Below are positions 24,780 to 38,700 of a DNA stretch of 64,000 bases, in pieces. The translations under genes were made by a program, and so were the position numbers. This DNA is from Pocillopora damicornis (Eukaryota), in assembly GCF_003704095.1 (NCBI RefSeq), contig NW_020844573.1:806001-870000 (forward strand), read 5' to 3'. Below the pieces are notes generated by a model. The model saw nothing but the letters and a program-made list of their open reading frames with translations, was not told the DNA's origin and made no database searches. Every line of letters starts with the position of its first letter. Within the stretch, counting starts at the first letter, position 1.

Positions 24780-27700
24780 CCAGGATGCAGTGATAAGTAA
24801 AGACAAGTTAAGCTATGGTAAGTTTTTTTTAACCTATTTTACTCCGCAAATACTACCGTATATTTTTTGACTCAGTGATAATCGCTGGAGTAAGTCTTAA
24901 AAAAAAAAAAGGTTTTTCGTTTTTTTTTTGTCGTCTACAGGAAATGTGATTGAAGCTTGTTGGAGAGGGTTTAGCTTATTACGTCAGCTATCCGTTCTAA
25001 TCTTAGAAAGCAGATAGGACTATGGCCCTCATAAGCAGAACACCGCAAAGTTACGAGCATGAACTCTATTGAATAAAAGGAAACGTATCACTCGCAAAAA
25101 CCTTGTCTTTTGAAAGCGCGTGAAGTAACACACGTGATGTGCACGTGGACATCGGCATTGTGTCAGGAGTTATTTACAATTGGCTAGTGCTGAAGATGGT
25201 TAATCTGTGTACCTATCTATCAGCTGAAAATCAACAGTAACAATAATGCAAGTACAGAAGTGGACATAGCGCAGCATTTCTTGTCCGATAAAATTTACGA
25301 TAGCATCTTGCTGAAGATTTATATATGTATATAGGGTGACAATGTATTTTAAGCTCTGTGAGTTTTTACAACCATGGTGTAAACCTTGACGAATGATTTT
25401 GTGGAATGATTTTTCTTCCTAAGTGAAAATACTGTTGAAAAATAGGAATATTTTTGTAACGTATGAACAAAGCATTTAAAGCTACCTGTTGTATGGTTCT
25501 TTTCTGAGTGACTACGTGGGCGCGTGGACGCGTGGCGGTGTATCTGCCGACTCGCGTGGTTACGTGGTAGTTAACGAGTTACGTGGGAGTTTGTTGATTC
25601 CTTGTATTCAAATCTGTTTTTCCCGCAAAAAACGCCAAGAGACTAGAAATCTTTCATTCGCGAAACGTCGTGTCGAAGAACACCAACTGAACTGAAGTTT
25701 GTTTTATTTTGGGTGTCTTAGACAGATATCAGTTTTAAGCCCGGTAGCGATTAACCCCTTTACTCTTAATACCACTTCTCCTCACTGTTTTCCGTACGTT
25801 TCTTGTAGTAAGGCCTGAGAAATTGGTGTTTGATCAAACACTAATTTCGTACTTATGTTTATATTTGTTCTCATCGCCTTTCTTTTTCGGTAATGTGTCG
25901 ATATTGTGGGAAGAAACTTCTCAGTTTTTACTGCTGCGAATAATTTCAGCCAGTGGTAGTCTCTTTTTCGGTTTTGATAGCCTAAGAATTGACCATGCCC
26001 ACTTTGAAATGTACTCGTGGCCTGTCATTCTCGCTTTCTCAAACAACTTGAAAATCTGTCATTTCTTAGAACTGGTGAGTTTTAGTGCGTAAGGTCGGTG
26101 CAATTAGCTTGTGTTTAAGCTAATCACTTTTATTTTGATGTCAGTTTTGCGGAAATTCTATAGGATTTGTAAAGACAAAGTTGCAGAAAGTTTTTCAGTT
26201 CACCTTTTCCTCTCCGGAGTTACGTCTTTGGAGTGAAAGTTTGCTTATTCTTGTGGTAATCCAGAAGCAAAAGCATATCAGGGGAAAACATTCCGAAACT
26301 ATTAAAGTTATTAACTCCAAATGAAATGTTTCTGGTTGGAGACGAGTTAGTTCGTCTTAATCGGCGTGTAAACTCGCGGTGGGTTGGTAGTTTCACTTCG
26401 ATAGCGGTTATCTGATGAAAAGTCGAGAAAGACGGTAAAAATGTTGAAGCACGGTTTAAATCTAATGATAAAATTTCAGTTGTTTATAGAAGATACGGCA
26501 TTGTTTACAGATGGAAGCCATATTTTTGTATTTTCGTGCGGTCATCGTTCATATTATGGATAGTCGAAGTTTCGAGCCTTGATGTTAAAGAAGAAGAAAC
26601 CTTTTTAGAACAAAATTAGCTTCAGGCATAACTATTGAATACTGATAGCACTTTACAATTTCCCTTACTATGTTTTTCCCTTCTTTGTCCTTCCTGGTGC
26701 CAAGTTCATCCCAGCAGGTGAATCATATTGATTTCACTCCCATATCTTTTCAACTCTCTGAGGACTAATTGTTTATAATGTTCAATTGCAGCTCTCGCAT
26801 TGTGCTCTTTAAAGGCATCGTGATTTCTTTAAGCAGGCTTTAAGCTGCAAAGTCAACTGACATGTTGCTTGCGACTGAATAGAGCGAACGAGTACTTCTC
26901 AGTGAAGGAAGAAAATTGTATTGAGAGCCTTTAGTCAATTGTCAAATTCTTCTATCGCTTTTTCTGTACATCATCTTCTTTGGCGCTCTTAAGTGTGGTT
27001 CATTTTAAAGCTCTACGGGAGAGAAAAACTCTTCCAAGGAAAAATTCAAAAATAAGAGAAATGGACTCTGATCTCCGAGAGTGTTCTCAACTTGTGTTGC
27101 TAAATATTGCTAATCGTTTATGACACAACGTTACACCTGACTTCATTTTTAAATACCCACTAGCCATTCGGCTTAAAAATGCCTTTGTTTGCCATAAATT
27201 GCCCCATAAACAAAGAAATCACCATCTAATAGCGATAATTTCCCCTCCGGCTTGTGAAAGGCGCGCCTATTTTGTTTTGGGAACGAGAAGAATAGGCAAA
27301 TGATCAAGCACAGTCCAGCTGAGATGTAACCTTTCAACTCTCTGTTGCGTTAGGTAATGTTTTCAGTTTTTCTTCTTCATCCATCTGAAAATAGCAGCGG
27401 TAAAGATTTCATCGCGGCTTGAATCCTGAGCGGGGACATTTTTTGAGGGGCTGGAATTTTAATTTTGGTTCTGAATTTCGAGTTTACCAGCTTCCTTGTC
27501 TTTTTAATATTTTGTTCTTTTTACCTTTTTATTCTTAAAGCTTGTCAGCAAACTATGTCCCCGATGCGGCCTCTCACTAAACTTTTCACCTCTTATATTG
27601 TAAATTACAAACACTGATTCCCGTTGAGAAAATGCATTAACGTTCAACTTTCAGGTTTTTTTTTGCCCAGCAACGACAGGACGAGAAAATTAGCCGACAG

Positions 27701-28229
27701 TCCTAAAAAAATCGATAAAATCAAAATCTTGTTATTATTGTTACTCTTCTTTAGTGGTGCGAAGGTTAACCGCTGTCATCCTTTTGAGACTAAAGCATTA
27801 CGAAAGTAATTGTTTCATTCTTGAAGAAATACTGTACTGAATTGATAAAGAGCTGCTCTTTGGGTTCTTAAACAAAAAAAAAAATATTACCTTCAAGCTG
27901 CTTTTTTAGAGTCAATTGACATAGTCAAACACAAAAAGCCTTGTTTTGTTACTCTATACCATGGTTATTAATAAATGAAAGAAAAAACCTGGCGTCCCAA
28001 AGTCTCGTGAACCGGCGCAAAAACAATCAGCTTGCCATTAAACTGTCCTTAGTTAACCCGTGAAAGCTTTCTTAACTTCAAACAAACCTAAACTGCTTTT
28101 CCAAACTGCATTAAACGCTGTGATGCCCCGGAAATACTGGGTCAGTTTGTCCTTAGCTCATAAATAAAATTCATTGGCTGACAGTAATCGAAAGACGCTG
28201 TTGTTCGAGATTGTTCCATTCCAAACGTG

Positions 28230-28510
28230 GCGTAAACAATCAAATGATAGTGTGGGTAAGTCATAAAGGCGTTGTTCTCGATTTTCTAAGTAAATATTTG
28301 CAGAAGCGATGCATGTGTCTTGTGACGCCGTGAAATATTGTCTAATGAGTCATTAGTGCGTGAGATGAGTTTTCTGCCAAGCAACCTGTTTCCGCTCTAA
28401 TCGGCCAATGTGTGGTCTAAATGCGGTTATGGATTGTTTGTAAATAAATAATTTGACACAAAAGCTCTACTTATCTTATAAACAAACAGTGCCGGTGGTC
28501 CATAAATAAA
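28230..28510 (+). promoter_or_regulatory. Fox-A promoter dense in forkhead (RYAAAYA) sites
   Basis: GTAAACAA at 28232, GTAAATATTTGC at 28290-28301, TGTTTGTAAATAAATA at 28435-28450, ATAAACAAACAGTG at 28478-28491, ATAAATA at 28502, and CCAAT at 28405. Confidence 0.6.
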
Positions 28511-28547
28511 AGTCACAACCCCGTGCGACTTTTTCCCAGTGCCTCCA

Positions 28548-29753
28548 ATGTTCCAAGCAGTCCTGACTGCTTCTCAAGATCTCCAGGCTTATCACTCCGT
28601 CCTTAAAGATCGCAAAGTGAACTCAAACGAGATGTTTCCGTCGCACCGTAGTTGTTACCCTACGCCGTACATGTGTCAGCCATCTTTTCACCCAGCTTTA
28701 CCGAGCTATACTTCAGCATTTTATCCTCAATGGGGTCGAGCTGGCTTCGCTCTGAACTGCCATGGCGGAGGAATATTCTTCCGTGAACAAGAGCCACTCC
28801 CAAAACCTCCTTACTCATATGTGGCTCTCATCTCCATGGCCATCAAACAAGCGCCAAACGAAAAAATTACACTCAGTGGAATTTATCAGTTTATCACGGA
28901 GAACTTTCCGTATTATCGCCTTAACAAACGAGGCTGGCAAAATAGCATTCGACACAACTTGTCGTTAAACAAATGCTTCGTGAAAATACCTCGCGAGCGC
29001 TCCGATCCCGGAAAGGGATGCTACTGGAGTTTGGATCCGTCTTACGAGGAAATGTTCGAGGAAGGAAATTTCCGAAGAAGGCGAAGGAGACAGAGAAATT
29101 ACCGCGGAAAGGAAGATGAAGATGACGAAGGAGATGAAGACAATGGAATTTCGACAGAGTTGGAGGCATGCTCAAAGGAGAACGACAGTTTGCGAGGACA
29201 CGCCGCTAAAAACCCTCTAAAGCAAGATGGACGAGCCGTAAAGACGACTGCTCAAGACTTAATTCATTCACCTTCGGCAAAAAGTCCTTGTATGGAGGAT
29301 TCTTCCACAGGCGATCAAAGCGAAGCGCAGAGAAACATACCTGTAAATCAGGTGAAGCAAGAGCCTTGCGCAATAGAGCCAATTCACCCTTTTAGTATTG
29401 CAAACATATTAGGGAATAAGCAAGCGAAAGAGAGGAGGGAACAGATAATGAACGAAACCACCTCGATAAACGAGAACACTGTCGGAGCGCAGACGGTTTC
29501 AGATTTGGTTAAGATTTCATCTTCACGCGTAGACGGGAATTTTCCTGCTCCAAGATTCAGCGTTCCCACAGACTACAGCAGTCCTGTGAAGGGATTCTGT
29601 AACAATTGCACAGCTTTAACCTGTAACAGCACAGGAATAAACCCTCATTCTCTCAACGTTTACAGTTCAGTTTGGACTGTTCCTGGTTCGCCGCGTTCGA
29701 GCGGATTGTGTAGTCAGTGTACCTGCCTGAACTGCCGTACTCTTAGTTACTAA
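28548..29753 (+). CDS. Intronless forkhead transcription factor (FoxL/FoxC-related, here Fox-A) with an eh1 motif and Cys-rich tail
   Basis: The first ATG is at 28548. Forkhead domain: [15 protein letters not shown]...[20 protein letters not shown]...[10 protein letters not shown]...[13 protein letters not shown]. eh1 motif: [10 protein letters not shown]. The subclass cannot be assigned confidently by eye. Confidence 0.95.
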   Translation: MFQAVLTASQDLQAYHSVLKDRKVNSNEMFPSHRSCYPTPYMCQPSFHPALPSYTSAFYPQWGRAGFALNCHGGGIFFREQEPLPKPPYSYVALISMAIKQAPNEKITLSGIYQFITENFPYYRLNKRGWQNSIRHNLSLNKCFVKIPRERSDPGKGCYWSLDPSYEEMFEEGNFRRRRRRQRNYRGKEDEDDEGDEDNGISTELEACSKENDSLRGHAAKNPLKQDGRAVKTTAQDLIHSPSAKSPCMEDSSTGDQSEAQRNIPVNQVKQEPCAIEPIHPFSIANILGNKQAKERREQIMNETTSINENTVGAQTVSDLVKISSSRVDGNFPAPRFSVPTDYSSPVKGFCNNCTALTCNSTGINPHSLNVYSSVWTVPGSPRSSGLCSQCTCLNCRTLSY

Positions 29754-32700
29754 CACACGGTGACTATCTTAAGCATGTGTGAACCGACATGAACAAGAGC
29801 TGGAAAGTTTTAGATTTTTTCTTGATTTGTGGTTATAAACGGTTTTCAAGCGATAGCGCACGAACGCGAGGCTAACAGGATCACGTCTGATCAGCCTTAG
29901 TTACTAAGCGTGGCTAATTGCAACTAAACGAAAAGTTACCGTTTGTGCCATTTTGCTGATAATTGGACAAATCTGTTGCCCACAACATTTAAAACTCGTA
30001 GATCACCCGAAAGATTTGTACCTAAACTTCCCAGGTATTGCGTCTTGAAGCGAAATTTGGGAAACACATAACTGCGGATGAATCTTCCTTGAAAATATGT
30101 TTTGATCAGAAAAATCGCATCAGTTCAAAATCGTAATAAAGTGATAAAATCTGAGACATTGATTTATCTTTTTATTTAATGGGTATTCTCCGCTCTTGAG
30201 TACTTAAATAACATACAGGAAAGCTCAAAAAATTACGGATGACAGAAAGATTTTGTACATCGATCGTTACAGGATGCTCTGTTCTAATTCAGGACGAGCA
30301 GGCGAAACACGAATTTGGCAAAGGATTAGGCATTCACTCGGAAAGTTTGCGGTAATTTTTTTTTCAAATTTGCTGAAAAACTATTCGAGGCGTGCCTCGA
30401 GACCTTTTACCCCAGGCGACCACAGTGGGTTACAGCTTTTCTATTAATAATATCTACCAATCCTTTCAAACGTATTTGTCTGAATTGCGCGATTTAGCTA
30501 CTGAATAAACATTTTTCTTTCCTATTTGCGAATCTTTCGTGTGTGCTGTAAATATTGATACGATGAAGGATAAACAAATAACTTTCCCTGTTGTCAAGAA
30601 ATATTGTTGAAGGGTAGTCAATTTAAGTAAATACGCCGACGACTCTCCTATTTTATTCTGACACTAGAAAAGAAAAACTTCAACAGATTTTAGCTTTACA
30701 AACACTAGTCCCGAGAAACACATTTCATTCATTATACATGCGGGCAGGGATCATTTGATGTTTACCCCTGACACTTCCGGTTCGCAGAATTGTTATTTCA
30801 GGGACTAAATTAGCGACTGAAATTGTCGTTTTACTGTTTATCCATCTTATTTCTCAAACACAGGTAAATAACTAAGTGGTTTCACGAAAAAAGGCTTTTT
30901 TCGATTTTTCCCATGCCACTCGATATGCGACCTAACTTGACACAGTCGTTTCGTAAACATTTTTAATTCACGTAACTATTGGAGAAAAGACAGCATTTAG
31001 CAAAGCGGTTTAGCTCGGTTTATAAAGACAGTAACCTTATTATAGATCTTGTTATTCTAGCTGCAGGTTGCTTTTACTAGCTTGGTCTTCTCTCTATGAC
31101 AAACGCGGGTCCTCGGGGTCGTAGTGGTAAAAAAAAAAGATTTCGCAGCAGGGATGAAGCCTGGAATAAAATGCGTTAGATGAGATTGTCGGCTGTGCCT
31201 TCAGAGGCCTTTGTTCATCCACTACACCTGTTTTCGAGGTATTTTATCAAAAATGTAAACCAAGAATCGAAGGCAGACAAAAGGGAACGTTTAAACATCG
31301 TGGTATGTCAAATTGACCTCATTAATTCTTAAACAAAACTATAGCAACTAATGGAAAAACTAAATCTTCAACAATCCGCTTATCGGACTAAAATCCTTGT
31401 GAAAACAAAGAATAAACTGTGTATTATCTGGGGGTTTGTAATAACATTATAACAGATTCATGAGACTACAGTGATCAGCAAGAGTTTCCTTAACGATAGC
31501 TTCTCATGGAAATGCAGCCGAGAAAAAATCTTTGACAAGCTTTTTTTTCTTTAACTTCGGCTGTTTGCCGCTCAAGCTTGCTTTGTTGTCTTTCCCGAAG
31601 TCAAACAGAACTCTAGGCGTTTGTATATACTGTATTGTGTTTAATGTGTTTGTGGAAGAGTTATTTAAGATGTAAGCTTCTTAGAGATTACGAAATATTG
31701 TCTGAATTCAATTTTCCGTTTTTCAAATTTTATTTCAACCAATGTCACTGTCATTCTTTGTTCATAACTGGCGTGTCTAAGAGACAGTTGTTGATTTCTT
31801 TTCATGTTCTTGTGGGTTTGCGGCATTATCAGCAGTGATATGAACAAGATTCATGTTATTCACCGATGACAAAAAGAAACTTAACAGGGCGAGGGAAGAA
31901 CGAAATCACGGCCGGCCGCCTCTCTCCTGAATCTCACGACACCGTTGCCTTTGGATTATCTGCGAGAGGGTTTTTTGTTTGACTCTTGATTAAAAAAGAA
32001 AAGGAATAATTTGAAGTAGAATAATTCGCCGTAGAGGTTTGCCCACAAGAGAAAAAAGTGACAGAGAGAGAGATATTGAGGTGAGAGGAAAGCACCCTGA
32101 ATCATACTGAGAAGATGTCCGTTAAAACGCATTGATAGGAATTTTCTGAATTAACTACGCGTAATTGAATCATCGAAACAGAGAGCACGAAACTGGGAAG
32201 CTGGCAATGTTTCTCTTCAGCTCTAAATGAAACATTGAAAAAATACACATCTGATGGCCGGGTTTAGAAATGAATATATATTGTTGTTCACTGGTTGTGG
32301 CAGTAATTCCGTTCGAGCCTGAACGGCAGATGAAAAAATCTTGTTGTTGCATCACAATTTTAATTGTATCAAATTTTCTGAAGAAGCCAAGATTCTCAAT
32401 ATCCAACATTTTTAAAACAACTGCGGTTTGAGGCAATCTTTAGTTGCACCCAAAATATAAAAAGAGATCTCAAGTAAAGTACTGTTCTTCTTCAAGGAAG
32501 GTCTGAACTGCTCAAATGAGTCAATCGAGGATGCTTCGCCTCACAGCAGGCTTCACAGATTTTCCTTTCTCTTTCAGTGTAAGAGTTCCTGATCAACCTA
32601 CATGAAACGTTCGCCCGTAAATCAGTGAGACAAAAACACGATCATAGAATAATCTATCTTAGGGAAACTTGTTTCTATTATTTTGCTTGACAAGATTTTC

Positions 32701-35700
32701 TGGTAAAGCTATTTAATACTAATGAAATACAACTATTTTCCACCATCCTGAACGGTTGCAGCGGTGACATCGGCCTTCTTCAGAGTCAAGTTGGCCTAGA
32801 AGCAATTTGTTTAAGCAACAAAACGGCGAATTTTTTTCACTCTTCCCTCTGGAAAGGAATCAGTGTCCTCATAAACTCAGTTCGGCGTAAATTTCATGCA
32901 AATTCGTCGCTGAATTTTGTCCTACCTCAAAACTGATCCAACGGTTCAATGCAATCTGCGGACACAAAGGTTTCCGAATTTCCTTTACGAGTTAAGTTTC
33001 AAATTGCCAACGACGCTGTTATTTTTCCGTTTTCCTCGAATTTTCCGCTAGCTGGGTTACCGCAAAAAGGACCAATCTTTGAAAGTGAGCCAGTTGAATT
33101 TAAAGACTAAAAAAAATTAGCGAAAGAGCTACAATGTACGTAAAACTTGGTAGGAAAGTTGTTCAACCAAGGGTACATGTTTACCGGTAATCATTGTAAT
33201 TATCAGAGCTGAGTAACTTCGTAAATGAGTTTGTTCAATAAACTTGTGGTCTTATCATAGTTATACAGCAGAGCCAACTATATTTATTCTCCAAATACGC
33301 CGTTCAAATACATCTGTCCAACTCCATGTGCACCTTTCTTCCGCTCTGTTTTGCGTTTGCTTTGTCGAGTGTAATGTGCGTGGTTTTTCGTGGCACATCT
33401 ATAAGCGTGCCGGAAAGTCTTATTCTTGTATACGTTTCACTTTGTTCATTGATGCTTTCACGTATTAGTTTGTGGCTGAGACCACCCGTACATGAAGCTC
33501 GCGAAGAATCGATCAGTGAGCATTTACCAAGGGTCAAAAAGGCCTTCCAATGGGTCAGAAAACTAGAAACACGGAATTTTCCTATCAAAAGAAAGCGATT
33601 AGAATGTGCCGCAAAAAAATCGAAGCTAACATTACTTTACTTTTGATGGAAAGGGACACCAACGCTTTCTGTGACGTATACCACATTCTAGTATTTTGTT
33701 AAGCATATCGATGTAAAAACTCCTGATTTTTTACTAAACGAGTTAGAGTTAATTACGCCAATGTAAATTTACCAAATAAAGTGTTATCAGGGCAATGAAG
33801 TTGGCGCAGTTTTTCAAAGGGCTTATATGCACATGAAAAATAAAAGGGCAACTTGTAGCGAGGGCGACATTTGCACAACCCTCAGAAAATGGCATTGATT
33901 TTATTCCGTCGGTTAGATATGGCGACACAAATATCGTTTTGATCATCGATCTACAACGATGAAGATTTAAAACTGCAGCAGTAATGCAAATAGTGAAAGA
34001 GTGAGGATTGTGTGCAGTCATAACTTCGAAATCGCGTAGCCTTTGTTTTAAATACGGATGTTTCTCCGCCCGCGACCGTTCGTCTCCCCCTATATCGAAA
34101 ACATTCAGCTTAGCCACAGATTGGTGTGTATTTTGCTATTGTACAGGGTGATCGGCTTGTAAGAACTTGCTGCGATCCCGGTACTAAGGTGGGGTTAGAT
34201 TGTTTAACATAAACTGAACATGTTGGCTATAGCAATTTATTCTAGCGGAGATTTTTATTGGCGTACGTAAACCTATGCTTGAATTTACGAGTGACTGGGT
34301 TGTTTACATTGTAAACGGACGGAGACTTCTTTCAAATGTAGTCGACCCAATGTTTACAGAGAAACGGGCGTGGTTATGACTAATAACTCAATGGAACGGA
34401 TCGTCCATAAAAACGAGATGTCTTGTTGAAAATGACGGTATGCAATACTTCAATCAATATTTTACTTGATGCCTTTATTTGCAAAAACTACATGGGCAAT
34501 TTAGTTTTACATCCTCTTTAACATGCTGTTAGAATCTCCTCAAGACTCTTGGACGTAGAGGTTTACTTTAACAATTAAATAATAATTTCCATGGTTGTAA
34601 GAGAATGAAAAATGTTTCAGACGAGTTTTCAGCTTCTAGGCAAAACACGCGCGAATTATCACGTTAGACAAGCCACGCGTAACTCACGTGGGAGTATTAG
34701 GAACCGTTGTCCAGTTAAAGTTAGGGGGGGACCTTAATCATGCAATCACAAAAAATGGAACATTTCTGTACTATTTCACCTATTCAATGACTAATTCGAT
34801 TTAATATACAATTTTTCCTACTTCCATCTTCGCTTGTTTGAGTCAGGTCCAAGAATTGCATGAGATAAATTTGCACACGTGGAAGCCATTTCACACCCAC
34901 GTGGTAGATGAAAGCCAACAAAATTTCACAGCGGCACGCGATCTTTTCTTTTTTGCGAAGAACATCGCTTTAGCTTGATGATAGGAAAAAACACTCAAGA
35001 TGTTTTCGATATCTTTTGTTTTCCAATACCATGAAAAAGACAATATAGGCAAGTTCCTATTATGAGTTCTTCCTGAAAGGTCGCCATTATGTCTCGAGCT
35101 TTTTTCAAAAAAAAAATACGAGAAAAAGCATTAGTCAGGGTTATTCTCTTTTTGCTATTATACCAGATTCCTTTGTGAAATGATCACTTCACTTGACGCC
35201 ACTATACGCTTACAAAGTCCATGGACAATTGCCAATCTGGCTTATTGTTGTAAATCTGTAGGAAGTTACGTTCCTGTGGTTATTTGAGCCGGAACAAAAG
35301 CTCTGTATGGTTCGACTCCACCTTGGCGCTTCGCAATCTATTCCTTCTGTCAAATTGGTGCCATCTGTGGGATTCGTCCCCTTCAAACTCATGCTCCTCT
35401 CAGCAGGACTCTCCATGTATTCTTCAAACATATCTACTCCAAAGATTTCATGTTATTTCATTTAAACCGAGCTTAATCGTCGAAAATTTAGATAACTGCC
35501 TTTTCTTTTTAACTGTCAAAATGAGTAATGTTTTTCCTTGAGATTTGTTTTTCGTTATTTTATCTAGTACAGCCGATAATCCCTAAACAATTTTCGTGTT
35601 TTCTTTTACTCCATTATATTCCCAAGGTGATATAATTATTAGGAACTGCCTGTTGTGTTCAATTTTAATCAAACGAAAATGATTTCTTTGTATCAACTGT

Positions 35701-38700
35701 AAATGTTGATCTACGTCTTGAAAGTAGAAATAAAAGAAATATTTCCCCGTTTGAATTTAATCTGGAATTCTAATGAACGCTCCGATGTTTTGTATGATAA
35801 CAGGAGAAACTTGGGAGCAATGACGAAAAATAAATGGTGCACTACATCGCATTACATTGCATGAATATAGCAACTCTCACTATTCTGAAGAAATTCTTTT
35901 TGCTTCTGATAAAAAAATAAAAGATTCTAGATAAAATATTGCTGAGAGGAAGCGTTGTTGTAACTTTTAAGTCTATGGATATTATCTGGTAATGTTGCCA
36001 TTTGGAAGAAACCTTATAAACAGCAGTTTCTCGAGTTATTTTCAAGTATTTTCGAAAACGGAATTTTGGGGTTTTTTCTAAAATTATCATATAAACCTCT
36101 CAGAAGTGAAAGAAATATGAATACTAGTGATTTTTGAAGAAAGGAACGTATACCTCATGACCTGTTACTTGTCGGTCAGACACGCAGTTAAGTCTTGAAC
36201 TATTGCCAAACCAATTTAATTTTGAACCACTGAAGTTGTTTATGTAGAGATATGAAAGTATTTCAGGATTTTTAGTTTATACTGGATAAACCGCAAGGTA
36301 AACATATCTGGCTGCTAGCAAAAGCCCGTTAAGTTACTCCTCATGGGGAAAATAAGAGGATTAAAACAGGCGAGATGATCCCTTATTGACAGATTAAACG
36401 CTGTCTCTTCATTTCAAAATGAAGAAGTTAAGAAGGAAGGAAGGAAGGCAAGAGGTCTCGAATACTTTGAAAAAAAAAAAAATGCTGTATCAAGCATTTG
36501 CAGGGTTAATCCGCTTCCTTCAACACTGACAGTGCTACCCTCATTCTACTCAGTTGGAAAGTTTCCTAATCGATTCCTGAACCTCCTATAGATTTGTTTA
36601 CGATGTTTTTCGATGGTTTTGTCCTGAAGCGCCCTAGTTTTCCGCCAACACAGCAGAAAGAACAAACCTCCTCCTCGTGGTCAAAAATATGAGCACGTTT
36701 TCACCGGCGAGACAATCGCTCTTCCTTTCCTGTTGTGAAAACTACACCTTTCGCCTGATTAAGAAATTTCAATTCGACTTGGAATTAAGTGAAGGGAAAA
36801 AAAAATCCTTCCAAATCATGGCGAATGGCGGACTTCAAACGCTATCCATCAGATGGTGTTTTTCGCGTTTGCAATGTATAATTCAATCAAATCAAGATCG
36901 TCTAGGTTACATATGTGTGAGCTCTCCACTTCATTGCGTTTTTCCATGCATCACATTGTAAATACGCATCTCGCTTTTACTTGGTTTCCTACTGAAAATT
37001 CCTTTTTTTTCTCCTGTTTTCCATAGTTCCACAGCCATAGCTTTTGCCAGTAATTTGGCAGTAAAGAATCCTAGGATTGTTTTGATTTTTAGTCAAGAAT
37101 TACGAATTAAATTAAAAACGCATTGAGTCCAAGTGTCTTTTAAGGAAGAGCAGACACTCTTATTTAATTCTAATTTGGCCGTCTGATACGCGTATGTAAT
37201 TAGAAGGCGGTCGTGGTATTCAAGACATCTTATAGACCGTTCACCGAATTATTTCGCTTTGTCACGAAGAACCTTGCAATTCATTTGCTTTATTTGTCGG
37301 TAAAATGAGTTAATTCCTTTAGCCTCTTTTTTTGTGAGTTCCGCGCCTAGCTTGCGATATTCGGTTTCACTAACCTCAGAATTCAAGAAAAAAAACTTGC
37401 ATTGCATTGCATTCTTTCGTTTAGAGAGAAAGTAGAAAAAATCGATTTAAAACTATATTAGACATTGATATGCTAGCTGTGAATTATGTCATTACCAAAC
37501 TTGTTCTTATAGATTTCGCAGACAGTTACATTCTTTGAGTCTCAAAGGGCAGCATCACACTCTTACAAACACGGCCTTACTTCTGGCATGAATGAATAAA
37601 ACTAAAACAATGTTTTGAATATCTGTCTTAAAAAGCTCTCGCGGTAGTTTGATTAGTTTAAGACACAATTCGAAACTTTATCGACATTGGCATCACACCC
37701 TTAACGAATCATCTGTTATAAATCCGTCCGGCGAGATCGAGTGCTTTTCTTACGCAGGAAAAGATTACTGTACTTAACAAGTGTTTTAAAACAGTTTATG
37801 CTCACGGTAATTCCGCCAAAAACGCAACCCTTAAAGGTATTAGGCGTATGTAGTTGCATTCAATATTGTTTTTGTCCTTCTCGGGGCGACATGAAGAGGC
37901 TAATACCCGTGTAAAGAGGTTGGGTCTTTATCTTTCAAACCAGCTTGTCTCATGTGCTGTCTGAACTGCTTTTTTTGAGAAGTCTCGCGTGATGAAACAA
38001 ACGCTATTGGATTTCAGGATATCGACACATTTTGTCTGTATTTCAACCCTTCTTGTTAACCAGAGGTCACTCAATATATTGAAAATTCCATCGTGGCTAA
38101 TTAAGACGTTTAAAAAGATACTCGAAGGCTCTCAATTTTGTGACCCTTTGCGCGGCTACGTCTAAAATCTAAACATATTTTAGTTGGCAAGCTCTTCCCA
38201 CCAGTGAAACATGTCCTCATCAAACTCTTAACCGAAAAAAAAAAGGTATATAGAATTAATTCTACCAAATTGGGCCAAGAGGCTTTGCAGTCATTAAAAA
38301 AGAAAACCTCTGAAATAATTCCGACTTTCGCTCACGACAATTTGGACGATAAACATTTTTTTGGAAAAAAACGTCAAATTGGGAGCATACCATAGAAAAT
38401 GCTGGGTTTCGTGGTAAAAAGGAAAAGGAAAGCTCTTTTAAACCGAGAGAATGTAAACTGATTTCCTCAATATCAGAAACTGTTAAATCATAATCACTGA
38501 CCCCGTTTTCGTTGTCTATACACCCCCAGATGGGTATTATAATTCGTTTTCTTTGGCTCTTTTTCCATCGCTTTACTTAACCCCGAACCAGGCATTTTAA
38601 GTTATCATCTATGCTTTGTCAAAAGAGGCCCGCCGTACAAATCGAATTTGGAACAAGCCTAAGTTTTGAGCAATGATCGTGAAACACCAATGGGTCTTGA

